64,000 nucleotides of DNA from an uncultured Planctomycetales bacterium (lineage in GTDB: Bacteria > Omnitrophota > Gorgyraeia > Zapsychrales > JANLHA01), in contig CAZQQI010000011.1 in the NCBI GenBank assembly GCA_964595465.1, forward strand, positions 8,301 to 72,300, given 5' to 3'. Numbering within the stretch: position 1 is the first letter of the stretch; every line of letters begins with the position of its first letter. The position numbers and the translations under genes are program-made. Below are positions 47,712 to 58,100 of this stretch, one piece after another. The notes beneath the pieces are model-generated. The model did no database searches. It was not told the DNA's origin and worked only from the letters and a program-made list of their open reading frames with translations.

Positions 47712-49076
47712 TTAATCGTCTTCATCCGGATTTTTTTCCGGATATTTGACCCGGCTGTGATACATAGCGCTAAGGACACGGGTAAAGGTGGTCGCGATCC
47801 GGTCGATCTCTTTTAGGGTAAGTTGACAGTCATCCAGCTGCCCATCAATAAACTTATTATTGATGATCTTGCGGACGACCTCTTCGATCTTCTGCGGGTT
47901 CGGTTCATCGAGAGAGCGGGTCGCAGCTTCCACTGAATCCGCCAGCAGAACGATCGCAGTCTCTTTTCTCTGCGGCTTAGGCCCGGGATAACGGAAATCA
48001 TCTTCTTTGACCGTTGAAGGATCATCCGCTTCCTCCAGTGCCTTTTGATAAAAAAAGTACGTCATACTGGTCCCGTGATGCTGGGGAATAAAATCCGCGA
48101 TGACTGGATTCAATTTATATTTTTTTGCCATATCCATACCGCGCTTCACATGGTTGATGATCACCAGCTTGCTCATCGACGGCTCGATCGTATCATGTTT
48201 ATTGCCCCCAACAAGCTGATTCTCGGTGAAATATTCCGGCTTTTCCAGTTTGCCGATATCGTGATAATACGCCCCGACCCTGGTTAACAGGGCGTTGGCA
48301 TTGATCGAATCCGCCGCGGACTCGGCCATGTTCCCGACCACCAGGCTGTGATGATATGTCCCCGGAGCCTCAAGGATCATCTTTTTCAAAAGAGGCTGAT
48401 TGAAGTCAGAGAGCTCAAGCAGGCTGAAGTTGGTCAAGACACCGAAAAGGATTTCAAAAACTTTCAGCAGGGCCAGCGTAATGAATGAGGCCAAAAAACC
48501 GTTGACCAGCAACGGACGCAGATATTCGGCCCAGAATCCCGGGCAGACCACCCGGTTGCCGCAGATATTGAAAAGCATGGCGGCAAAGATCTGCATGACC
48601 GCAACATAGAGGCCGGCGTTGATCATAGTCCCCCGGCTGCGGGCATCCTTAACGCTGTAGGCAGCGGTCAGGCTGCCGACCGAAAAAATGAGTGCCATTT
48701 CCAGAGAGCCGTCAACGGCCAAAACCGCCAAAAGGCTCCCCACCAGTGACATAATAAAAACCAGATGAAAATCATTAAATAACAGCATCGTCAGCATCGC
48801 GCTGACCGCGACCGGAGCGAAATACGGGGATATCTGAAGATAATTCATGGCGGTCGCGGTCATGGCCATAGGCAGGGCCAGTAAAAGGCCGAACTGGAGA
48901 TACATTTTGCGGCTGGCCCGGCGGATAAACAGCATATGCATGGCCGTGAACAGCAGGATCAAAGGAATAATATAAGAGATCCCGGCAACGAAGCAGAAAA
49001 CCGCCAGAAGGATCAGGATAACCGCACCGATCAGGAAGTCACGCAGGGTCACGTGTTCTGAGATAATCTCTTTCAT
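47712..49076 (-). CDS. 7TM-HD (HDIG) phosphodiesterase, PgpH-like, without extracellular domain
   Basis: TM helices, APGTYHHS, YHDIGK, QHHGT, LADSVEAA. Confidence 0.88.
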   Translation of the reverse strand: MKEIISEHVTLRDFLIGAVILILLAVFCFVAGISYIIPLILLFTAMHMLFIRRASRKMYLQFGLLLALPMAMTATAMNYLQISPYFAPVAVSAMLTMLLFNDFHLVFIMSLVGSLLAVLAVDGSLEMALIFSVGSLTAAYSVKDARSRGTMINAGLYVAVMQIFAAMLFNICGNRVVCPGFWAEYLRPLLVNGFLASFITLALLKVFEILFGVLTNFSLLELSDFNQPLLKKMILEAPGTYHHSLVVGNMAESAADSINANALLTRVGAYYHDIGKLEKPEYFTENQLVGGNKHDTIEPSMSKLVIINHVKRGMDMAKKYKLNPVIADFIPQHHGTSMTYFFYQKALEEADDPSTVKEDDFRYPGPKPQRKETAIVLLADSVEAATRSLDEPNPQKIEEVVRKIINNKFIDGQLDDCQLTLKEIDRIATTFTRVLSAMYHSRVKYPEKNPDEDD

Positions 49077-50044
49077 CAGGCACCGCTTTCCAGCGAGGCA
49101 TAGGCCTCGATAATCTTTTGGACCAGTTCGTGACGGACAACGTCCTTGCCGGTCAGATGAATGAACTTAATATCGTCAAGATGCCCAAGGATTTTCTGCG
49201 ACCCTGCCAACCCGTTCGATGTCCCAACAGGCAGATCACTCTGGGTCAGATCTCCGGTGATAACGGTCTTGGAATCAAATCCCAGACGGGTCAAGAACAT
49301 TTTCATTTGAAAGGTGGTGGAGTTCTGGGCCTCGTCCAGAATAATGAACGCCTCGTTGAGAGTGCGGCCGCGCATAAAGGCCAGCGGAGCGATCTCGATG
49401 ATGCCCTGCTCAGTATACTGTTCGACTTTTTCCGGATCCATCATTTCATACAGCGCATCGTACATCGGCCGCAGATACGGCGAGACCTTTTCCATCATAT
49501 CCCCCGGCAGAAATCCCAGGCTCTCCCCGGCCTCGATCGCCGGACGCGTTAAAATAATGCGCCGGACCAGACCTTTTTTCAGCGCGTTGACCGCCATGGC
49601 TATGGCCAGGTACGTCTTTCCTGTCCCCGCCGGACCAATACCGAAAACAATATCATACTTGCGGATCGCCTCGACATATTCGATCTGCCCTTTGGTCTTG
49701 GGCGTGATGACACCGCCCCGGATAGGGACCTGAATGCGTTTTCGAGCCAGACGTTTGAAGTCGACCCCGCTGTCCGCCCGGGCGAGCTGAACCGCGTAGA
49801 TCACATCACGCTTTTTGATCTCCCGGCCGTCGGCGACAATGCTTAAAAGATATTCCACCATTTCGCCGACCTGCTGAACAGCATCGTCATTTCCTACGAC
49901 TTTAACTCCTGTATCCGTACGGATCATTTTGACATCCATCTCGGATTCGATCAGTTTCAGGTTCTGGTCATACTTCCCGAACAGGACCTGAGCGTCCTGC
50001 ATCGTATTCAGATAGATATCTTTTTCCATACGTTTTTGACTCAA
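49076..50044 (-). CDS. phoH: PhoH family ATPase
   Basis: GPAGTGKT, RPAIEAGE, FMRGRT, DEAQN. Confidence 0.93.
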   Translation of the reverse strand: MSQKRMEKDIYLNTMQDAQVLFGKYDQNLKLIESEMDVKMIRTDTGVKVVGNDDAVQQVGEMVEYLLSIVADGREIKKRDVIYAVQLARADSGVDFKRLARKRIQVPIRGGVITPKTKGQIEYVEAIRKYDIVFGIGPAGTGKTYLAIAMAVNALKKGLVRRIILTRPAIEAGESLGFLPGDMMEKVSPYLRPMYDALYEMMDPEKVEQYTEQGIIEIAPLAFMRGRTLNEAFIILDEAQNSTTFQMKMFLTRLGFDSKTVITGDLTQSDLPVGTSNGLAGSQKILGHLDDIKFIHLTGKDVVRHELVQKIIEAYASLESGA

Positions 50045-50064
50045 GTCGAACCTTTCCGCAACGG

Positions 50065-50658
50065 TTATTTATATACCGGGATCTTGATGGTCATGCCGGG
50101 GCTGATCCGGTCGGGGTTAGGCAGAACATCTTTGTTCTCCTCATAGATCATGATCCACTTCTGATAAGTGTCATAATACTTCTTGGAGATCTTCTGCAGG
50201 GTGTCGCCCTCCTGCACGGTATATTCTTCATAGGTCAATTCTTTATCCATGTCCGGCAGCGGCTCTTCGACCTTAACCGGTTCAGTCCATTTGGGCTTTG
50301 GTTCCGGCTTGGATTTGGGCGGCACACGGACCGGCTCAACATCCGGAATAGGCTGGAGTTGAAGGTCTTCCACCTCTTCAGGACGGTCGACATTTTTGGT
50401 CACTTCCACCACATAGATCTTCCGGGTCTTTTTGATATCACTGCGGTCCGGCGCCTGGGGCTGACCGGAAATATACCCGAAATTTCCCTTTTCCATAGAC
50501 TGGTCAAGACGGGGCTTTTCCTCGGCATACATCTGGACCTCCAGGCCGCCTTTTTTGACGCCCGCCTGCGGGGTCTGCTGCTGACGAGTTGCTGAACAGC
50601 CGGTCATCATCCCGGTCGATAGAAAAACTGTGATCATCATAAAAATAGTTTTACGCAT
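50065..50658 (-). CDS. LysM-domain lipoprotein
   Basis: Lipobox MTGC; YTVQEGDTLQKIS LysM; start ATG 50658 overlapping aspS stop. Confidence 0.85.
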   Translation of the reverse strand: MRKTIFMMITVFLSTGMMTGCSATRQQQTPQAGVKKGGLEVQMYAEEKPRLDQSMEKGNFGYISGQPQAPDRSDIKKTRKIYVVEVTKNVDRPEEVEDLQLQPIPDVEPVRVPPKSKPEPKPKWTEPVKVEEPLPDMDKELTYEEYTVQEGDTLQKISKKYYDTYQKWIMIYEENKDVLPNPDRISPGMTIKIPVYK

Positions 50659-52060
50659 GTTCTGCTCCTTTGTTCCATGCCACAACACCCACTTCCGCCA
50701 GCTGATGCTCATCAACCGGAGAAGGGGCATCGGTAATAAGGCAGGTTCCTTTCTGCGTCTTGGGAAACGCAATGGTATCGCGGATCGAATCCAGGCCGGC
50801 TAAGATCGCTACCAGACGGTCGATGCCGAAGGCGATCCCCGCGTGCGGTGGAGCGCCGTATTCAAACGCCCTGAGCAAAAAGCCGAACCGTTCTTGGGCC
50901 TCCTTTTCATCGATCCCTATGATCTCAAAAATCTTGCGCTGAACATCCTGCTGATGAATACGGACCGACCCGCTGGCCAGTTCACTGCCGTTAAGGACCA
51001 GGTCATACGAACATGACCGGACCCGTTGATATTCCCCTTTATCAAAATACTCCCGGTCTTCTTCCCGGAACGATGTAAACGGATGGTGCTCACTGTCCCA
51101 GCGTTTTTCCTCTTCATTATATTTAAATAATGGGAAATCTACAACCCAAAGAAACGCGAATTCATTCGGGTCGGTTTTGTCCTGACGGAGGTCCGGTTTA
51201 TCAGTCTGATACGTTGCCATGGCCTCGGCGTGGGTCATGCGCGGGAATGATCCCGGCAGATCAACACCTTTCAGGTCTTGAAATATCTTACGGAACAACC
51301 GTTCTGTGATATCAAAGACATCCTCCTGATCGACAAACGACATCTCCATATCCAGCTGGGTAAATTCCGGCTGGCGGTCGGCGCGCAGGTCTTCATCACG
51401 GAAGCATTTGACGATCTGATAATATTTATCCATGCCCGCCACCATCAGGATCTGCTTGAATAACTGAGGGGATTGGGGCAGGGCGTAAAACTTGCCCTGA
51501 TGCATGCGTGAAGGGACCAGGAAATCTCGCGCTCCCTCGGGGGTCGATTTGGTCAAGACCGGGGTTTCGATATTCAAAAAATCCTCTTCATCCAGAAAAC
51601 GGTGGCATTGCGCGCACAAGCGGTGTCGCAAAGCCAGGGCCTCGGCCACACGTTCTCGACGCAGATCCAGATAACGGTGAGTGAGACGGTGCTCTTCGCC
51701 GACTTCTCCTGCGTCATCGATTTCAAAGACCGGCGTCTTGCTGACATTCAGGATCTCAAGGGCCGTCGCGCAAACCTCGACTTCACCTGTGGCAATATCA
51801 GGATTGACGTTCTTGCCGGAACGGGCCACGACCTCTCCGGTCACCTTGATCACATACTCCGGACCGAGCTCCTGAGCGGTCTGATGCGCCTCTTGACTGA
51901 CCCCGGGGACAAAAACCACCTGGGTCAGGCCATAACGGTCGCGGATGTCGATAAAGATCAATTTTCCGTGGTCGCGGCGGCGGTGAACCCAGCCGCACAG
52001 CGTCACGGTCTGCTTTTCCATGTCTTTGCGTATTTCTCCGCAGGTATGTGTTCTCAACAT
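50651..52060 (-). CDS. aspS: Aspartate--tRNA ligase lacking GAD insertion domain
   Basis: RTHTCG, RRDHG, PQSPQLFKQ, FRDED..RQPEF, GAPPHAG; 469 aa. Confidence 0.95.
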   Translation of the reverse strand: MLRTHTCGEIRKDMEKQTVTLCGWVHRRRDHGKLIFIDIRDRYGLTQVVFVPGVSQEAHQTAQELGPEYVIKVTGEVVARSGKNVNPDIATGEVEVCATALEILNVSKTPVFEIDDAGEVGEEHRLTHRYLDLRRERVAEALALRHRLCAQCHRFLDEEDFLNIETPVLTKSTPEGARDFLVPSRMHQGKFYALPQSPQLFKQILMVAGMDKYYQIVKCFRDEDLRADRQPEFTQLDMEMSFVDQEDVFDITERLFRKIFQDLKGVDLPGSFPRMTHAEAMATYQTDKPDLRQDKTDPNEFAFLWVVDFPLFKYNEEEKRWDSEHHPFTSFREEDREYFDKGEYQRVRSCSYDLVLNGSELASGSVRIHQQDVQRKIFEIIGIDEKEAQERFGFLLRAFEYGAPPHAGIAFGIDRLVAILAGLDSIRDTIAFPKTQKGTCLITDAPSPVDEHQLAEVGVVAWNKGAEHA

Positions 52061-52144
52061 CGTCTTTCTTCTCCTATCTCCATAAACAGCCGGCAATACC
52101 GGGCCCATAATAAAATTTTATACCAAAAACAGTACTAACCATGA

Positions 52145-53443
52145 TCACTTCTGCGGATTCAACTCAGCAATCAAAGCATCCATATTTTCAAGGGATATAT
52201 CCTGCTGTTCCCCGGAGGTCATATTTTTCAACGTCACTGTGCCGCAGGCCAACTCCTCTTCTCCCAGAATTAAAACATAACGCGCCCCGGCCTTATCCGC
52301 CTGACGCATCTGACTCTTCATGGATCCGCCGACAAAAGACATATCAGTCATTACATTCCCGAAGCGCAATCTCTGCAAAAGCTGAACAGCTTTCGGAGCT
52401 GCAGCGTCTCCCAAAACAATAAAAAAGGCATCTAAAACACACGGAATCGATCTCTTCTCCTCACAGGCCAGCAGGATCCGTTCCATCCCCAAAGCAAAAC
52501 CAGTCGCGTCAGCCTGCGGACCGCCCAATTGCCGGACCAAAGTATTATATCGCCCCCCGGCTCCCACTGCATCCTGCGCGCCAAGTGACGGGCACGACAC
52601 CTCAAAGACCGTATGCGTATAATAATCCAGGCCCCGGACCAAATACGGATCTTCCTGAAACATTACGCCCAATAAATTCAGGGCGGATTTGACCTGCTCA
52701 TAATATTCCCGGCTTTCCGGCACGAGATGATCATATCCCACATTCAATCCGTGAATCAGCTCGCGGCAGGATGCCTTTTTACAATCCAGAACACGAAAAA
52801 CATTACGTTCACACCGGTCACGGCAGTCCGGGCATAACCGATCCAGCTGAGGGGAGAGTTGCTTCAATAATGTCTTAGCCAACGCATCCTTATCTTGCGG
52901 TGTTCCCAGCGTATTGATCTTGAGTTCAAAATCCTTAAGGCCGAAGGACTTAAGCAATTCCACACAAAGAGCAATAGTCTCGGCATCCAGATAGGGATTC
53001 GCTGTATCCGGACCAATGGCCTCTACCCCGATCTGATGAAATTGCCGCAGGCGGCCTTTTTGAGGACGCTCCCCGCGAAACATCGGCCCGATATAATACA
53101 TTTTGGACAAACGTTCTGTCCTGTCCAGCCTGTGCTGAATATAAGAACGGACAATCGCGGCCGTGCCCTCCGGACGGAGAGACAATTTAGAAGAGGCCAT
53201 ATCCCGGGCATCAGAGGATTCCCCCTGAGATGCCAGGTTCAGCATCTGTTTCTGCACGATATCTGAAGTGCTCCCCACAGACCGGGCGAAGAGCTCTGTT
53301 TCTTCAAAAAACGGAGTGCGGATCTCCCGGTAGCCGTAACGGGCCAGCTGAGTCCGTGCTGTGCGCTCCAGCTCCTGCCAGGCAGCCGTCTCTGCCGGTA
53401 AAATATCAGCTGTTCCTCTGGGATTGGTCAATCCTTTAGCCAT
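52145..53443 (-). CDS. hisS: Histidine--tRNA ligase
   Basis: LRPEGTA, FRGERPQKGRLRQF, RGLDYY, GGRY. Confidence 0.97.
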   Translation of the reverse strand: MAKGLTNPRGTADILPAETAAWQELERTARTQLARYGYREIRTPFFEETELFARSVGSTSDIVQKQMLNLASQGESSDARDMASSKLSLRPEGTAAIVRSYIQHRLDRTERLSKMYYIGPMFRGERPQKGRLRQFHQIGVEAIGPDTANPYLDAETIALCVELLKSFGLKDFELKINTLGTPQDKDALAKTLLKQLSPQLDRLCPDCRDRCERNVFRVLDCKKASCRELIHGLNVGYDHLVPESREYYEQVKSALNLLGVMFQEDPYLVRGLDYYTHTVFEVSCPSLGAQDAVGAGGRYNTLVRQLGGPQADATGFALGMERILLACEEKRSIPCVLDAFFIVLGDAAAPKAVQLLQRLRFGNVMTDMSFVGGSMKSQMRQADKAGARYVLILGEEELACGTVTLKNMTSGEQQDISLENMDALIAELNPQK

Positions 53444-53552
53444 AATTCCCCTGTCCTTCTAATCGGAAAGGCGGAGGAAGCCCCCCCGCCTGATATGCTT
53501 TACGCATCAAAGCCGTTGTCCCGGAATCCCTTGGGAAGAAATTCGGCAGCAG

Positions 53553-53825
53553 CTATTTTATCTTTTGTTTCATTTCAAGACCCGGCTTAAACACCACAAC
53601 CTTACGGGGAGGCACGGGCACGCCTTCACCGGTCCGCGGATTGCGTCCGAAACGGGCTTTGCGCTCCTTGATCTTGAACACACCGAAATTCCGCAATTCG
53701 ACCTTTTCGTTACGCACCAAACTCTCGACGACGACATCAAGTGTTGCCTGAACAATAGTCTTGACATCGACCTGCTTGATCCCGGTCATATCGGTAATCT
53801 TCAGCACGATATCTTTCTTGGTCAT
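53553..53825 (-). CDS. HU/IHF family DNA-binding protein
   Basis: VELRNFGVF, GRNPRTGE, FKPG; GGAGGT SD. Confidence 0.93.
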   Translation of the reverse strand: MTKKDIVLKITDMTGIKQVDVKTIVQATLDVVVESLVRNEKVELRNFGVFKIKERKARFGRNPRTGEGVPVPPRKVVVFKPGLEMKQKIK

Positions 53826-53851
53826 GAGATTCACCTCCCTTTGTCGTAAAC

Positions 53852-53880
53852 ATCGTATCAACAAGGGTTTAGGGTGTCAA
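53852..53880 (-). promoter_or_regulatory. sigma70 promoter of HU/IHF gene
   Basis: TTGACA-17 nt-TACGAT. Confidence 0.7.
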
Positions 53881-53917
53881 GCGATTTTTGAAGGCGAATT
53901 TTTTCGACCTAACGGAT

Positions 53918-54163
53918 TCACAAAGTGCGGGATGGCTGCTTTTTATGCCATTTGCCGTCATCGCCCTTTTTATACTGACTTTTAACGGCGTTCCAGGCGA
54001 CCTTGCGGGCGGTCGCTTCTCGGCCGGAACTGTCTTTACGCTTATCAGATGAAGAGTATTCATCATAAGCGCTGTTGAATGCTTTCCTGAAAATCTCCTG
54101 CGCATGCTGAGGAAGAATATCCTGTAAATTTGCCGGCAGGTCTTTACGGGAAGAATACGGCAT
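53918..54163 (-). CDS. chaB: ChaB family protein
   Basis: MPYSSRKDLP..LPQHAQEIFRKAFNSA..VAWNAVK..Y.K..GKW. Confidence 0.9.
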   Translation of the reverse strand: MPYSSRKDLPANLQDILPQHAQEIFRKAFNSAYDEYSSSDKRKDSSGREATARKVAWNAVKSQYKKGDDGKWHKKQPSRTL

Positions 54164-54258
54164 GATTACCTCCTGAAATTGAGATCCCGGGACTAACGGG
54201 AAAAAAAATATGACAGACATACAAGCACACAAATTATGTCACTCTTGATCCTATACAA

Positions 54259-54450
54259 TATGTTCTTCGATCCAACAGCCCTCACACGAATGGCGCTAAA
54301 AAAGATTGGGATGTGTTCGCAGAGCGAGTTGCGAACCGAACGATTAACGATTCACTATAAAAACGTTCGGGAGGCTGTTTGAGCGAACGAGCACATCCTA
54401 ATCTTCATGAGCCATTCGGCGGGGGAACTCGCTCGAAAACACATGACACA
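54259..54450 (+). repeat. ~180-bp nested-hairpin intergenic element, copy D
   Basis: Core 54287-54418, with 7-nt AACGATT duplication in the apical loop. Confidence 0.9.
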
Positions 54451-54623
54451 GTCTCCTTTTAATGACATAATTCCTGAGCATTAACCCCAGCCAACTTTTG
54501 TGAAGAAAAAAGGATGATGACTATTTAATTAATTGTAAACTTTTGATAATAAACAATTTATGAGATACGACACCATTTTTTTTCTTAACACCAGGCCCAT
54601 CTGCGGGACCGGGGACTGTTGTA

Positions 54624-54794
54624 TCATTGCTGCATCTGTTCGACTTCACGCTCAACATCCTGCGCGGCATCCCGCGTTCCTTCCGATACGGTCTCCCCGG
54701 CCTGTTCCATATCATTCTGCGCTTCTTCACAGCCGGTCAAAACGATCCCTGCAAATAAAATCATTATCATAATAATTCCTTTACGGTAAGACAT
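54624..54794 (-). CDS. Small entericidin/CsbD-like lipoprotein
   Basis: Lipobox LTGC, short acidic helix; GAGGAGG SD. Confidence 0.7.
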   Translation of the reverse strand: MSYRKGIIMIMILFAGIVLTGCEEAQNDMEQAGETVSEGTRDAAQDVEREVEQMQQ

Positions 54795-54826
54795 ATTCCC
54801 TCCTCTTTTCATTGTTTATCAGACAT

Positions 54827-54988
54827 TCAAACTCTTTTCTTTCCAGAAATAAGAGCTACGACAAATAAAATCAAAAAGATAACAAATAAAACCTTGGCAA
54901 TCGACGCTGCCGTTCCGGCGACCCCGCCAAATCCAAAAACAGCAGCGATAATCGCGATCACCAAAAATGTTATGGCCCAAGATAACAT
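54827..54988 (-). CDS. DUF1328 small membrane protein
   Basis: Manual translation [53 protein letters not shown]. Confidence 0.9.
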   Translation of the reverse strand: MLSWAITFLVIAIIAAVFGFGGVAGTAASIAKVLFVIFLILFVVALISGKKRV

Positions 54989-55164
54989 AGCCGCTCCCTT
55001 CTTTTACGTTGAATGATCTATAAAATCGTCCTTCCCGAAGAGGACGCTACTCTTAAACACATGATAGCGGGAACGGATAAAGCCGCATAGACAGGGAATC
55101 CCCTTTTAATGGAGCGGATTCTACTATCCCCTGTTTAAGAAATAAAAAAACAAAAAGGCAGGAT

Positions 55165-58100
55165 TCAGATGGTCACCGCGAAATTTTCTTCGCCGACCAT
55201 TTCTTTGATATTGTTAAGAAGCATCTCACTGGGGGCGACATGCAGTTCCCGTCCGACCAGGATCTGCACGCTTTTGTACCGGCGGGTATCCAGCTGCAGA
55301 TAGACCGGGACCTCTCCGGGGAATTGGGAAAGCTTGTGTTTAAAACGGTTCAGGCCGCTTTGATCCACTCCTGCCAGGTTAACCCGGACCGCGCGGATCG
55401 CATCATAAACATCTGCTATCAGACGCACATCATCACAGATGATGTTGACCCGGTTCTCACGGGCGGCGGCCTTGCCCATCAGCAGGACGACCTGGCCCGG
55501 CTGAAGTTTATCCGCGACCGTATTATAGGTGGAAGGAAAGACCACGGCCTCGGCCTGCCCGTAGGCATCCTCAACCGTTAAAATGGCCATGCGCTCACCG
55601 GTCCGGCGGGTCGCGGTCAGTTTACAGCCGGTGATGATCACCACGGTCTTAACCGGGTTTCCGTCGGATAACCGCGCCAGACTACGCGTCGAACAGTTGG
55701 CGAACTTCCGCACTTCAAAAGAATACTGTTCCAAAGGATGCCCGGAAATATAAAATCCTAAAACCTCTTTTTCAAAAGCCAGCTTCTGGCTTTGACTCCA
55801 TTCCGGAATATCGGGAAACTGGTCGTCTTTTTTCTCAAAACCTTTGCCTTTCCCCTGATCCTCCATAGTGAAAAAAGACAACTGACCGGCCGCCTTCTCC
55901 TTCTGAATCTGGCCTCCGGCCTCTAAGGCTTTACCGCTGACAGCCATTAACTGCGAACGCGGAATACCGAAACTGTCCATAGCCCCGCACTTGATCAGAC
56001 TCTCGATCACTTTGCGGTTGACCAGCCTCAGGTCCACCCTCTCACAAAGGTCAAAGAGAGAGCCATACGGGCCATTTTCTTCACGGTTGAGCACGATCGA
56101 TTCAATAGCCGTCTGTCCTACATTCTTGACCGCCAAGAGACCGAAGCGGATCTGCTGATCATCAACCACGCTGAATTCCAGCATGCTCGCGTTCACGTCC
56201 GGCGGGAGGACGTCAATGCCCAGATGTTCACATTCCTTGACATATTCCACGACCTTGTCGGTGTTATCCCGTTCACAGGTCAGTAGAGCGGCCATAAATT
56301 CAACCGTATAATTCGCCTTCAGGTAAGCTGTCTGATAGGAAACCAACGCATAGGCCGCGGAATGGCTTTTATTAAAGCCGTAGCCGGAAAAATAATCGAT
56401 TAAATCGAACAGACGGTTGGCTTCCGGTTCGTTGATATGATTGATCTCCTGACAGCCCTTAACAAAATCCTTGCGCATTTTGAGCATGACATCGATCTTC
56501 TTTTTGCTCATGGCCCGACGAAGATTATCGGCCTGAGCCATGCTGAACCCGGCCAGAACACTGGCGGTCTGCATAACCTGTTCCTGATAGACGATCATCC
56601 CGAAGGTCTCTTTCAGAACACTTTCCAGCTTGTCATGCGGATATTCGACCGGCGACTCCCCTTTTTTCCGGCGCACATAGTCATCCAGCATCCCGCTGCC
56701 CATGGGGCCGGGACGGTATAACGCCAGGATAGAGATCAGGTCTTCAAACCGCGAAGGCTGGCTCTTGCGCAAAAGGTCGCGCATCCCTCCGCTTTCCAGC
56801 TGGAAGATGCCCGCGGATTTGGCTTCACTCAGCATGCCGAAGGTTTTCGGATCATCCAGGGGGATATGCTCCAGATCTACATCCATATCCCGCGTCTGTT
56901 TGATCCAGTCTACCGCCTTGGACAACACAGTCAATGTCCGCAGACCGAGAAAGTCCATTTTCAGCAGACCCATCTGGGCGATGCCGTCCATGGTAAACCC
57001 GGTCGTGACCTGATCATCAGAGGTCTTGTAAAGAGGAACATACTCGGTCAAAGGACGGTCAGCGATCACCACGCCGGCAGCGTGAATCGAAGCATGGCGG
57101 TTGAGGCCTTCCAGAACTTTAGCGGTCTCGATAACCTCTTTGGCCATGCGGTCATCGCGGCATAATTGAGCCAGCTGGGGCTCTTTTTCCAGCGCCTTGT
57201 CAATGGTCATGCCCAAATCTGGAGGAATCAGTTTGGCAATGCGGTCGACATCACCATAAGCCAGGCCGAGCACTCGTCCCACGTCCCTCACGGCCGCGCG
57301 GGCCTTCATCTTTCCAAATGTGATAATCTGAGCGACATTTTGCTTACCGTATTTTTCCGTGACATAGTCAATGACCTCGGGACGTCGGTCAAAGCAGAAA
57401 TCAATATCAATATCCGGCATCCCTGCGCGGTTGGGGTTCAAAAACCGCTCGAACAGCAGATTATAACGCAACGGATCAAGATTCGTGATCCCGAGAAGAT
57501 AAGAAACAATACTGCCGGCGGCAGAACCCCGGCCTGGGCCGACCGGAATATTCTTGGAACGGGCATAGCGCACAAAATCCCAGACGATCAGAAAGTAGGC
57601 GACAAACCCCATCTCTTTAATGATCTTAAATTCATGCTGCAAACGGCTGTGGACCCGCTCATCGGCATTAGGATATTTTTCCGGCAGGGCCTGTTCGCAT
57701 AATTCACGCAGATACTCCTCCTGGGATTTTCCTTCGGGCGGATCAAAATGGGGCAGATGATACTTACTGAAATCGAATTCCAGTTCACACTGTTCCGCGA
57801 TCCTGACCGTATTGGCGACAGCCTCCGGAGCCCAGGCGAACAACTCTTCCATCTGCCGGGGAGATTTGAAATAAAACTGGTCCGAACTCATACGCATGCG
57901 GTTGGGATCATTGAGTGTCGTCTGGGTCTGAATACAGAGCATGGCCTCATGCGCCCGCGCCTGGTCTTCTTCCAAATAATGCACGTCATTGGTCGCCACC
58001 AGAGGAATATCCAGCTCACGGGAGATCTTAAGCAGCCCTTCATTAACCGTCTTCTGCTCAGGGATGCCGTGATCCATGATCTCAAGATAAAAATTCCCCG

